Assembly: GCA_965223165.1 (NCBI GenBank)
Contig: CBDCVQ010000009.1
Span: forward strand, 119,544-183,543
Source of the DNA: Saprospiraceae bacterium
GTDB lineage: Bacteria; Bacteroidota; Bacteroidia; Chitinophagales; Saprospiraceae
DNA: 64,000 nucleotides
Reading direction: 5' to 3'
Shown: in pieces, positions 54,731 to 63,736 of the stretch
Numbering within the stretch: the stretch's first letter is position 1
Layout of the letters: each line of letters starts with the position of its first letter
Position numbers and translations under genes: made by a program
The notes under the pieces: generated by a model
Told to the model about the DNA's origin: nothing
What the model saw: only the letters and a program-made list of their open reading frames with translations
Database searches by the model: none

Positions 54731-57103
54731 ATGTTTAGAAATCACATGAGGGTGGCCTGGAGGAATTTGATTAAATATCCCTCCTATTCATTGGTGAATC
54801 TTTGCGGATTGGCGCTCGGTATCTCCGCCTCCTTCGTGCTGCTGCTCTATGCGATTCAGGAGTTGAGCTATGATCGGCATTTTGCTGATGGCGATCGCAT
54901 CTACCGCATCGCTGCGGACTTCTATAATATGGGTGGCTTCGCCAAGAGCCAGGAGGGGCTGTTGGATCATCTGCCTTCCGAGTGTCCCAGCATTGCGCAG
55001 TATACGCGATTTGACAAGGGAACCGCTTTGGAGCTGACAGTGGATGATCAGCCTTATGTGGAACGAGATTTCCTTTATGTCGACTCTCTTTTCTTTCAGA
55101 TGTTTCCTTACACATTCGTAGAAGGAGAGGCCGGCGAGGTGATGACCACGCCTCATGAGATCATTCTCTCGGAAAGGCTTGCCCGCAAATATTTTGGAAA
55201 AGAAAGCGCACTCGGCAAGTACGTGGAAATCGGAGAAGATGGACTATCGTATCGCGTATCAGGGGTGGTACAGTCTACGACCAAGAAGACTCATCTAAAG
55301 TCTGATCTCTGGCTCCCCGTATACAATAGACATGAGAAAAATCCACATTGGACCAATGTCACCTACTATAATTACGTAAAACTACATCCATCTGCGGGGG
55401 CGCATGATCTTGAGATTGCGCTGGAGGAGTTGCGGCGAAAGAAAGTGCATCCTTCGATCGCACCTAATTCTAGCTTTGAGGAGTGGTCACAGAGTGATTT
55501 TGCCGTCAAATTCTTCGTACAGCCGCTCCATGACATTTATTTGCACTCCGACTTTGCCATGATGGAGACGATACCCGGCGGCAATCCTACGCAAATTTAC
55601 ATCCTCGGGATCATAGGTATATTCATCATTCTGATCGCCGGATCCAATTACATAAACCTCACCACGGCTCGATCGTCCCTTCGCGGAAAGGAAGTGGGTA
55701 TCCGCAAGACCTTGGGCGCGGAGCGTCGGATGCTCGTCAAACAGATGCTGACCGAGTCCATTCTGTTTAGCCTGTTGGCCGCGGTGATCGCAGCTGGCTT
55801 GGTCGAAATCCTGCTCTTGGCCTTTAAGAAGATCAGTGGGACAGCCATTCTATCGACGCTGCTCAGCGGCTGGCAATACATTGGTCTGCTATTGTTATAC
55901 TCCTTGCTATCAGGAGTATTCGCGGGCATTTATCCTGCGTTTTATCTGACGGCCTTCCGACCTGCACGCACGATCAAGGGCAACTTTACGGCCAAGGGCA
56001 ACAAGCGTCTTCGCGGCGGACTAGTCAGCCTACAGTTTTGCATCGCGATCGCCTTGATTGTATCCAGCCTAATCGTCTACCAGCAATTAAGATATCTCCA
56101 GACCAAGGATACGGGATTTGAAATGGAGGGAGTGGTAGTAGTGGATAATGTGGTCGACCTGGGTGGGCAGGAGGAAGCGTTCAGACAAAAATTAAGGACG
56201 CAGCCGCAGTTGCAGTTATCTAGCTTTGCGCAGCGATTACCCGCTGGCAACAGCATGTGGATGAGTTCTTACCGTACGCCGGAGATGAGTGAGACGGTAA
56301 CGATCCAGACCTTTCCGGTAGACGCCGACTACATACCTGTGATGGGTATGCGATTGGAGTCCGGTCGAAACTTTGACCGCCAACTGGCGACTGACTCCAA
56401 TTCGGTTATTATCAACGAGATGGCCGCCAAGAAGCTGGGGCTTACTCAGCCAATTGGTTCGGTACTCAACGGCAATCTGAAAGTGGTTGGCCTGGTACGC
56501 GATTTTAATTTCCAATCGTTTAGAGACCAGATCGCTCCTGCCGTCCTGACGATGGGAAAAGAGATGGGTAGACTACTCATTCTCAAACTCCATGGCACCG
56601 ACATCAGTAGCTTCTTAACCTATATGAATGAAACATGGCTCGAATTCTCCAGTGAGGAGCCGATACAGTATCATTTTCTCGAGGAAAATTTTGCAACCCT
56701 GGTCCAGAACGAACGAACCTTGAGTCAAGCCATCGGTTTTTTCACTCTTTTGGCATTGATCATCGCCTGTCTGGGCCTTTACGGCTTGGCATCCTTCACG
56801 GCAGAGCAGCGGACGCGAGAAATCGGCATTCGCAAGATCCTAGGTTCGTCGACGTTTGGTATCGTCAGTCTACTTTCACGGGACTTCCTCAAACTCGTCC
56901 TGATTGCTTTAGTGGTGGCAGCCCCGATTGCCTACGTCTTAATGAATCAATGGCTGCAGGGCTTTGCCTTTCGGATTCAGATATCGTGGTGGACCTTTGC
57001 CTTAGCGGGCCTAGCGGCTATGGCTATTGCATTTCTCACCGTAGGATATCAAAGTCTGAAAGTAGCCCTTACAAACCCTGCAGATTCGCTACGAAATGAA
57101 TGA
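54731..57103 (+). CDS. Duplicated FtsX/MacB-type ABC permease (paralog 8)
   Basis: 790 aa with N-terminus MFRNHMRVAWRNL. Motifs are SNYINLTTARSSLRGKEVGIRKTLGA and QRTREIGIRKILGSS; the C-terminus is NPADSLRNE. Confidence 0.9.
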   Translation: MFRNHMRVAWRNLIKYPSYSLVNLCGLALGISASFVLLLYAIQELSYDRHFADGDRIYRIAADFYNMGGFAKSQEGLLDHLPSECPSIAQYTRFDKGTALELTVDDQPYVERDFLYVDSLFFQMFPYTFVEGEAGEVMTTPHEIILSERLARKYFGKESALGKYVEIGEDGLSYRVSGVVQSTTKKTHLKSDLWLPVYNRHEKNPHWTNVTYYNYVKLHPSAGAHDLEIALEELRRKKVHPSIAPNSSFEEWSQSDFAVKFFVQPLHDIYLHSDFAMMETIPGGNPTQIYILGIIGIFIILIAGSNYINLTTARSSLRGKEVGIRKTLGAERRMLVKQMLTESILFSLLAAVIAAGLVEILLLAFKKISGTAILSTLLSGWQYIGLLLLYSLLSGVFAGIYPAFYLTAFRPARTIKGNFTAKGNKRLRGGLVSLQFCIAIALIVSSLIVYQQLRYLQTKDTGFEMEGVVVVDNVVDLGGQEEAFRQKLRTQPQLQLSSFAQRLPAGNSMWMSSYRTPEMSETVTIQTFPVDADYIPVMGMRLESGRNFDRQLATDSNSVIINEMAAKKLGLTQPIGSVLNGNLKVVGLVRDFNFQSFRDQIAPAVLTMGKEMGRLLILKLHGTDISSFLTYMNETWLEFSSEEPIQYHFLEENFATLVQNERTLSQAIGFFTLLALIIACLGLYGLASFTAEQRTREIGIRKILGSSTFGIVSLLSRDFLKLVLIALVVAAPIAYVLMNQWLQGFAFRIQISWWTFALAGLAAMAIAFLTVGYQSLKVALTNPADSLRNE

Positions 57104-57104
57104 G

Positions 57105-57158
57105 CAATGGCAATTTCAATGGCAATTTCAATGGCAATTTCAATGGCAATAGCAATAC
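57105..57158 (+). repeat. Hexanucleotide tandem array (CAATGG/CAATTT alternating), 9 units
   Basis: It starts 1 nt after stop TGA 57101-57103: CAATGG CAATTT CAATGG CAATTT CAATGG CAATTT CAATGG CAATAG CAATAC. Confidence 0.9.
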
Positions 57159-57169
57159 GGAGGTCAGTT

Positions 57170-57217
57170 CAACAATTCAACAATTCAACAATTCAACAAT
57201 TCAACAATTCAACAATT
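57170..57217 (+). repeat. Octanucleotide tandem array (CAACAATT), 6 perfect units, ending 14 nt before the ATG of paralog 9
   Basis: Parsed directly. It is followed by CGACACCATAACAC then ATG (57232). The ACCATAA just before the start echoes the 54529 array unit. Confidence 0.9.
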
Positions 57218-57231
57218 CGACACCATAACAC

Positions 57232-59610
57232 ATGATTAGAAATTACTTCATCACGGCATATCGCAATTTGTGGCGGAACAAAATGGTGTCCGCGATCAGT
57301 ATTGTAGGACTATCCATTGGTATAGCTGTCGGGCTGCTCAGTTATCTTCATATCAGATACGAACTTAGCTTCGATGGATTTCACGATAAGAAAGACCGGA
57401 TCTATCGCATCGTCACCGGAGACGTCAAGTCCGGTCAAGGATGGGTGGGGATTTCGGCACCCATTCCTCCGAAATTAAAATCGGATATTCCCGAGATTGA
57501 AGATTTTGTGCGTCTGACCAAGCTGGACCGAGATGGAAAGGTCGTTGTCCACCACGACAACCAAAGTTTTAACGAGGCCAATTTCTTTCTGGCGGATGCC
57601 TCCCTGTTCTCCATTTTTGATTTTTCCTTTATTCATGGACAGCCCGAGCAGGCCTTTCAGACGCCCGATGGCATAGTCGTCACGGCTAGCAGGGCCGAAA
57701 AGTTGTTTGGGGCAAGTTCACCCCTGGGTAAGATTGTCAAGATCAACGACAAACACGAGTTTCGTGTCAGCGGTGTCATCGAAGATCTGCGGCCTAACTC
57801 GCACCTCGCGTTGGACATGATTGTTTCCTTCGAAAACTTGGAAACGCTGCTTCCGTACGCCAGCTTGGACGGCAACTGGGGACAATACAATTACTATGGT
57901 TATGCCCTACTCCGTCAAGGAGCCGATCTTGCTGCTGCCGAGCGCAAGATAAAAGCGATCGAAGTGCCCCTCAAAGATTACACGCATACTTTTGAACAGC
58001 TGGGGCTGCAGCCCATGACCGACATTCACTTCGAACACAATCGGGGGAATATGAAGGCCTCTTATGATCGTAAATATTTGTACATCTATGGGGCCTCTGC
58101 CCTTGGGCTCATCTTTATTTCTTTGGTCAACTTCATAAATCTGAAAACGGCTGGGTCGTCCAAACGCATCCGCGAGGTAGGCGTGCGAAAAGCGATCGGG
58201 GCAAGACGCGGCGAACTCGTGGTGCAGTTTGTTGCCGAGGCCTTCCTTCTTTGCCTGGTCTCGTTGGCCCTCGGCCTATTTATCATGAACACCTGGCTCC
58301 TGCCCTACGTCAATAATTTACTGGGTGCCGACCTCCAGTTTCACCTATTTGACCTCCCCAATGCCAGTCTTGGCCTCCTTGGCCTTCTCGTGATCAGCCT
58401 ATTGTCAGGTACCTATATCGCCCAATTCATCACGTCCTTCTCACCTATGGAGGCCCTCAAGAGTCAAATTAAGACCAGCTCAGGTCGTGGATTGAAGTTT
58501 CGTGATGTGCTGCTCGGCGTCCAGTTTTTTGTGTCTCTGATTTTGATCATTGGCAGCTTGATCATCACCCGCCAAATGCAGCATGTCTCCGATATCAACT
58601 TAGGTCTCAATCCGGACCAGGTCCTCAACATCCCGCTCTATGTCGAAGTGGAGAAGGAGAAGCGATCGGTCCTGAAGAACGAGTTGAACTCCCTACCCAA
58701 CGTCACCCACGTGTCACTCAACAGCTTTAATCCCGGTCAGGCCAATTGGAATCAGACCACCTGGTGGGAGGGGCAGGAAGAGGACGAGAGCATGTTTATC
58801 ATCAGTGTAGATCCTGACTTCTTTGAAACGGCCGACGTCAAATTAATCGAAGGTAGCCTTGACCACATCAAAAGCAACCTCAGCGAACGCTATACCTATG
58901 TGCTCAACCAGTCGGCCAGGCAACACATCGGATGGGAGCAGGCGGTGGGACGGCAAGTATCACCCTTTGGCGATGACGCCCGAAAGCCGGTAACCGGAGT
59001 GATCGAAGACTTCACCTTTCAGTCCCTGCACGATCGTGTAAAGCCATGCCTCCTGGTCGTAGGTGATCTTACCCCGTCCCAACTGTATGTAAAGGTCAGG
59101 GCACAAGATGTGCAGGCGACCGTAGCAGCCGTCGAGGACAAGTTGGCAAGCATTCTGCCGGCACTGCCCTTTGAATATGCGTTTTTGGATGATCTCTTCG
59201 GTCAGTTATATTTGGCAGAAACGCAAGCTAGAGAAATCAGTCTATTCTATACCATCGTTTGCATACTGCTGGCCTTATTCGGCTTATATGGGATTCTGAC
59301 GTTTGAAGTCACCGAACGAGCCAAAGAAATCGCCATTCGCAAAGTGATTGGGGCCAAGGTATTGCACATCGTGGGTCTACTTTCTCGCGACTTCTTAAGG
59401 CTCATCCTGATCGCACTCGTCTTGGCCTCTCCCATCGCCTATTTTATGATGGATGGATGGCTCCAGGATTTTGCCTACCGCATTGACATTCCGTGGTGGA
59501 TTTTTGTCGTCGCAGGTCTGGTGGCGGCGCTCATTGCCCTGGCAATTGTCGCACTCCAAGGTGTGCGTGCAGCTCTACTAAATCCCGTACACGCATTAAG
59601 AGGAGAATAA
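57232..59610 (+). CDS. Duplicated FtsX/MacB-type ABC permease (paralog 9)
   Basis: 792 aa with N-terminus MIRNYFITAYRNL. Motifs are VNFINLKTAGSSKRIREVGVRKAIGA and ERAKEIAIRKVIGAK; the C-terminus is NPVHALRGE. Confidence 0.9.
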   Translation: MIRNYFITAYRNLWRNKMVSAISIVGLSIGIAVGLLSYLHIRYELSFDGFHDKKDRIYRIVTGDVKSGQGWVGISAPIPPKLKSDIPEIEDFVRLTKLDRDGKVVVHHDNQSFNEANFFLADASLFSIFDFSFIHGQPEQAFQTPDGIVVTASRAEKLFGASSPLGKIVKINDKHEFRVSGVIEDLRPNSHLALDMIVSFENLETLLPYASLDGNWGQYNYYGYALLRQGADLAAAERKIKAIEVPLKDYTHTFEQLGLQPMTDIHFEHNRGNMKASYDRKYLYIYGASALGLIFISLVNFINLKTAGSSKRIREVGVRKAIGARRGELVVQFVAEAFLLCLVSLALGLFIMNTWLLPYVNNLLGADLQFHLFDLPNASLGLLGLLVISLLSGTYIAQFITSFSPMEALKSQIKTSSGRGLKFRDVLLGVQFFVSLILIIGSLIITRQMQHVSDINLGLNPDQVLNIPLYVEVEKEKRSVLKNELNSLPNVTHVSLNSFNPGQANWNQTTWWEGQEEDESMFIISVDPDFFETADVKLIEGSLDHIKSNLSERYTYVLNQSARQHIGWEQAVGRQVSPFGDDARKPVTGVIEDFTFQSLHDRVKPCLLVVGDLTPSQLYVKVRAQDVQATVAAVEDKLASILPALPFEYAFLDDLFGQLYLAETQAREISLFYTIVCILLALFGLYGILTFEVTERAKEIAIRKVIGAKVLHIVGLLSRDFLRLILIALVLASPIAYFMMDGWLQDFAYRIDIPWWIFVVAGLVAALIALAIVALQGVRAALLNPVHALRGE

Positions 59611-59618
59611 CGTAAAAA

Positions 59619-61286
59619 ATGAATCGCGTCATGAGATTTCGAATCATACACATTTTGATCGCTGCCATCTGCCTATCGCCAGCACCCATTTACGGCCAGC
59701 AGACGCTGACGGCCACACAGTGGCAAGAAGATCTGATCTATCTTAAACACAAAGTGCAAAGCGAGTACCCCTTCCTCTTTAAAAAGGTTACGGTCAAAGA
59801 GTTTGGAGAGGAAGTGGAGACCCTACATCGCTCGATTCCCGACCTTGCCGATCACGAGATCATCGCTGGGTTTGCACGCATCATCTCTCTTTTCAAATAT
59901 GGTCATACGAGGATGGGATTGCAGGGTGGTCCGGTCACTTTCCGCACCCTCCCGATAAACATCTATCAATTTAAGGACGGGTTTTATGTAGAGGGTACCC
60001 ATCGGGATTACAAACAGGCCCTCGGAGCACGTATTGTGCAAATCGAGGGAATGCCCGTAGCGGAGGCACTGCAAAAAATACGGCCGGTCATTCCTGCAGA
60101 AAATGATCAATTTGTGAAGGCTTACGGCCTCAGCTACCTGAGAGTTCCTGAAATCTTGCATGCCCAAGGCGTAACCAAAGAGCTCAAATCAGAGATCCGC
60201 ATGACGCTGGATAAAGACGGCCAATCGATCGATGTTACATTCACGGCCGGTACGGAACGGGCACCTACCCAGTACGGTTTTGTAGAGGAGGAAGACCCAT
60301 GGCTTAGCATGCGAAACCAAGAGGCTACACCTCGCTACCTCAAGCACCTGGACAAGATCTATTATCACGAATACCTACCTGAGCACAAGGCCCTCTATGT
60401 ACGACATAGTCAGATCCAGGACGATCCTGCCAAAGACATACCCGCGTTTTATGAAGAGGTATTTGCCTTTGTTGAAGACAACGACGTAGAGCGGTTAATT
60501 CTTGACGTCCGACTCAACGGAGGTGGCAACAATTACAAGAACAAGCCCATCGTCACCGGGGTAATAAAAAGTGACAAGATCAATCAACCCGGTCAATTTA
60601 TCGTCATCATCGGCCGGCGCACTTTTTCGGCCTGCCAAAACCTAGTTAACGAACTCGACAATTATACGCAGGCCATCTTCATAGGCGAGCCTACCTCTGA
60701 AAACGTCAACTTCTACGGTGATAATCGGCGGGTGGAACTACCAAATAGTAAAATGTCTGCCTACCTGTCCTTTGCCTGGTGGCAAGACAAGCCCCCATGG
60801 GAAAATGCCCCCCACCTTGCGCCACATGTCGCCGTGGAGATGAGTGCCGCAGAGTATGCTGCTAATGCGGATCCGGTGCTGGATCTTGCCTTGACGTACT
60901 CGTCCAAGGACTTCGTGAGCGACCCCATGGCGCACCTCACCAAACTATTTGAGCAAGGTAAGATTGCAGAAGTCGAATCAGCGGCCAGACGTTTTGTCGC
61001 TGACCCCAGATATCAGTTTGTCGACTTCGAGGACAACTTCAATCGTGCTGGGTACAATTTAATGCAAGGCGATCGCCTCGAGGAGGCACTATTTGTTTTC
61101 CGCCTGAACAATGAATTGTTTCCCGAATCTGCTAACACCTGGGACAGTCTGGGTGAGGCGTTACACAAGGCAGATCGAAGGGACGAAAGTATAAGCCACT
61201 ATAAGAAGGCCATCGAACTGGATCCGGACGGTCCGGTGGGCGAAAACGCTCGAAAAATGCTGGCCGAGATCGACACACAAGACTGA
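59619..61286 (+). CDS. Secreted S41-peptidase-like protein with C-terminal TPR repeats
   Basis: Signal peptide (ILIAAICLSPAPIYGQQ). LILDVRLNGGGN and GRRTFSACQNL resemble the S41 D-x-R-x-N-x-GG and Ser-nucleophile regions. The C-terminal TPR-like part reads NTWDSLGEALHKADRRDESISHYKKAIELDP. It starts 8 nt after the paralog-9 stop. Confidence 0.55.
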   Translation: MNRVMRFRIIHILIAAICLSPAPIYGQQTLTATQWQEDLIYLKHKVQSEYPFLFKKVTVKEFGEEVETLHRSIPDLADHEIIAGFARIISLFKYGHTRMGLQGGPVTFRTLPINIYQFKDGFYVEGTHRDYKQALGARIVQIEGMPVAEALQKIRPVIPAENDQFVKAYGLSYLRVPEILHAQGVTKELKSEIRMTLDKDGQSIDVTFTAGTERAPTQYGFVEEEDPWLSMRNQEATPRYLKHLDKIYYHEYLPEHKALYVRHSQIQDDPAKDIPAFYEEVFAFVEDNDVERLILDVRLNGGGNNYKNKPIVTGVIKSDKINQPGQFIVIIGRRTFSACQNLVNELDNYTQAIFIGEPTSENVNFYGDNRRVELPNSKMSAYLSFAWWQDKPPWENAPHLAPHVAVEMSAAEYAANADPVLDLALTYSSKDFVSDPMAHLTKLFEQGKIAEVESAARRFVADPRYQFVDFEDNFNRAGYNLMQGDRLEEALFVFRLNNELFPESANTWDSLGEALHKADRRDESISHYKKAIELDPDGPVGENARKMLAEIDTQD

Positions 61287-61299
61287 ATCACAGAGCAAG

Positions 61300-63735
61300 A
61301 TGTGGAGAAATTATTTGAAGATTGCCCGGCGCCAGATGCGCAACAAATGGCAGCTTTCCGCGCTCAAAATACTGGGCTTGGCATCTGCAGTTTCGGCCAG
61401 TCTGCTACTGATTAAATACGTCTCCTGGCAGTGGACCTTTGACCGCTTTCACGAGCAGGCAGCACATATTGTCAGAATTCAGAATGACCACCACGATGTG
61501 GAAGGGCGATTAAGTCGCAGTGCCAAGACCTACAGCGGTGTAGCTGTGGTGGCTAATGATCGATTTCCGGCGGTGCACGACTATGTGCGGATGGGGCGCT
61601 GGATTGCCAACGATGTGGTGTTTAGATTTGAGGAACAGATGTTCCGTGGAAGGGACGTATTCTTTGTCGATTCTTCTTTCTTTGATGTTTTCAGCTTTGA
61701 GCTGGTCAGAGGCGATCCTCAGAATGCACTTGCGGAGCCAAACAGTGTCGTGCTCACAGAAAAGGTCGCCCGTCAACTCTTCGGCGATCGGGAAGCCATC
61801 GGAGAGGAAATTATTTTCGAAAATCGACGAAATTTTCACGTAACCGGCATAGTGGCGGATCCTCCCAAGGAATCTCACATCCAATTTGACATTCTTGCAT
61901 CTCTGTCCACTTTTCACAGCTGGGGATTTCAGGTATACGGAGATGCACAATTACGACAACCCTATGTCTATAGCTACCTCTTGCTAGAACCGGGCACCGA
62001 TGTCCCGGAACTCGCTACCCAATTGACCCGTGAGATTAGTTCACTGAAGGTTGACATTCCCGGATCAGACGAATTCGACTTGCAGCCCCTCACCGAGATT
62101 CACCTCTATTCCAACCTAGAGCAGGAATTATCAAGTACTGGTCAGGGAAATAATATCTGGATCCTCAGTGGAGTCGCTCTGCTGATTTTGTTGCTTGGAT
62201 GGATCAATCATTTTAATCTGTTTACCGCCTCAGCCCTGCAGCAGTCAGAGTCGCTGAGCATCCGAAAGATCATCGGTGCTGAGCGAAAACACTTATTCGC
62301 CCAGATCGCCATCGCAGGTAGTATCTATGGCATGCTCAGTCTAGCCCTTGCCGCTGTCGTTGTTGAGGTTGTTCAGCCCTTGATTTCAGCCAACTTCGAT
62401 GTGCCTTTGGCAGAAGTTCCGTTGGTAAATTGGCAAATTTCCAATCCCGCATTTATCTTATTGATCCTTCTCGTCGTCGGTACCGGCCTTAGTATTTGGG
62501 GGCCCGCCATCCTACTGTCGGAAATCCGGCCCAAGCACCTGCTCAGTCGCAAGCTATTTTTCAATCCGGGCGGTTGGCACTTCCGACGTGTCCTGGTGGG
62601 CTTCCAGTTTACGATCATCATTTGCTTACTCGCATGTACAATCGTGGTCTTTCAGCAGACGCGATATATGCAGCGGCAGGATCCGGGACTTGCAGTTGAT
62701 GACGTGCTGGTTTTAAGAGCTCCCCTGGGCATTGGCTACGAGAATCTAAGGGGCAGTTTCCCCGGATTTAGAGATGACGTGATGAGCCGAGGCGAAGTGC
62801 TCCAAATGAGCCTTTCTCATTCCATCCCTGGGGAGGAATTGGAGCTAATAAATAAAGTTGAGCACAACGGCAAGACCTATAGCTTCAGTTTTTATCGCAA
62901 TTATGGCAGCCTGGATTATTTCGACAGTTATGATATCGCCTTTCTGGAGAAATCAGATGTCCTTTCTGCACCCGCTGCCGCCCAAGGCTCCGATGAGCTT
63001 CGTCGCTCTGTGATTAATCAAAAGGCCTCGCAACTGCTTGGGTTTGCCTCACCTGCCGAGGCAATCGGTCAAAAGATCAGACGGTGGGAGCAGGACCAAG
63101 TGATCGTTGCGGTGGTGGACGATTATCATCAGCGCTCGTTACACCACGCCCAGGCTCCCATCATCTACGACATTATCGCCAACGATCTGATCGAAGATGG
63201 GTACTATTCCTTTGAGTTAAATCATCCTGACGAGAGGACATTGTTGCTCACGCATCTTCAAGATGCCTATCAAAAGGCATTTCCCCATACCGTTTTTGAA
63301 CCCGTTGATCCCCAGGAGCAATACGCGCAGCAGTATGCACAAGACAATCATTTTGCTCAACTCAATATGGCCTTTACTGTCCTCGGCATTTTGATCGGCG
63401 TACTTGGGCTCTTGGGTCTGATGATCATTGTGGTTGAAATGCGAACCCGGGAAGTCAGCGTCAGGCGAATACTCGGTGCAACCTACTGGCAGATCATTTC
63501 TACGCTGTCACATCAGCTGGTTAAGGCAGTGATCATAAGCTTTTTGATCGCCCTGCCCGTGGGATATTATTTAATGGGAAAGTGGTTGGATAATTTCAGC
63601 TACCACGTTGCTGTGGATTTTGGCGCTTTCGCGATCTCTGGCATGGTAGCTCTCCTATTGGTGCTACTGACAGTCGCCTATCACGGCATCAAGGTGGCCA
63701 AACTTAATCCCGCGGATGTGTTGCGGGAGGAGTGA
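61300..63735 (+). CDS. Duplicated FtsX/MacB-type ABC permease (paralog 10, most divergent)
   Basis: 811 aa with N-terminus MWRNYLKIARRQM. Motifs are INHFNLFTASALQQSESLSIRKIIGA and MRTREVSVRRILGAT; the C-terminus is NPADVLREE. Confidence 0.85.
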   Translation: MWRNYLKIARRQMRNKWQLSALKILGLASAVSASLLLIKYVSWQWTFDRFHEQAAHIVRIQNDHHDVEGRLSRSAKTYSGVAVVANDRFPAVHDYVRMGRWIANDVVFRFEEQMFRGRDVFFVDSSFFDVFSFELVRGDPQNALAEPNSVVLTEKVARQLFGDREAIGEEIIFENRRNFHVTGIVADPPKESHIQFDILASLSTFHSWGFQVYGDAQLRQPYVYSYLLLEPGTDVPELATQLTREISSLKVDIPGSDEFDLQPLTEIHLYSNLEQELSSTGQGNNIWILSGVALLILLLGWINHFNLFTASALQQSESLSIRKIIGAERKHLFAQIAIAGSIYGMLSLALAAVVVEVVQPLISANFDVPLAEVPLVNWQISNPAFILLILLVVGTGLSIWGPAILLSEIRPKHLLSRKLFFNPGGWHFRRVLVGFQFTIIICLLACTIVVFQQTRYMQRQDPGLAVDDVLVLRAPLGIGYENLRGSFPGFRDDVMSRGEVLQMSLSHSIPGEELELINKVEHNGKTYSFSFYRNYGSLDYFDSYDIAFLEKSDVLSAPAAAQGSDELRRSVINQKASQLLGFASPAEAIGQKIRRWEQDQVIVAVVDDYHQRSLHHAQAPIIYDIIANDLIEDGYYSFELNHPDERTLLLTHLQDAYQKAFPHTVFEPVDPQEQYAQQYAQDNHFAQLNMAFTVLGILIGVLGLLGLMIIVVEMRTREVSVRRILGATYWQIISTLSHQLVKAVIISFLIALPVGYYLMGKWLDNFSYHVAVDFGAFAISGMVALLLVLLTVAYHGIKVAKLNPADVLREE

Positions 63736-63736
63736 A

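Noticed and set aside
54078-54745. ORFs 54108..54308, 54124..54444, 53735..54304(-), 54365..54745(-) and others (NGNSNF..., MAIAISM..., FYGFMVLW... peptides)
   Set aside because: The reason is the same: they are artefacts of 6-, 7- and 8-bp repeats lacking stop codons in some frames. The 8-bp array gives overlapping ORFs in all three minus-strand frames.
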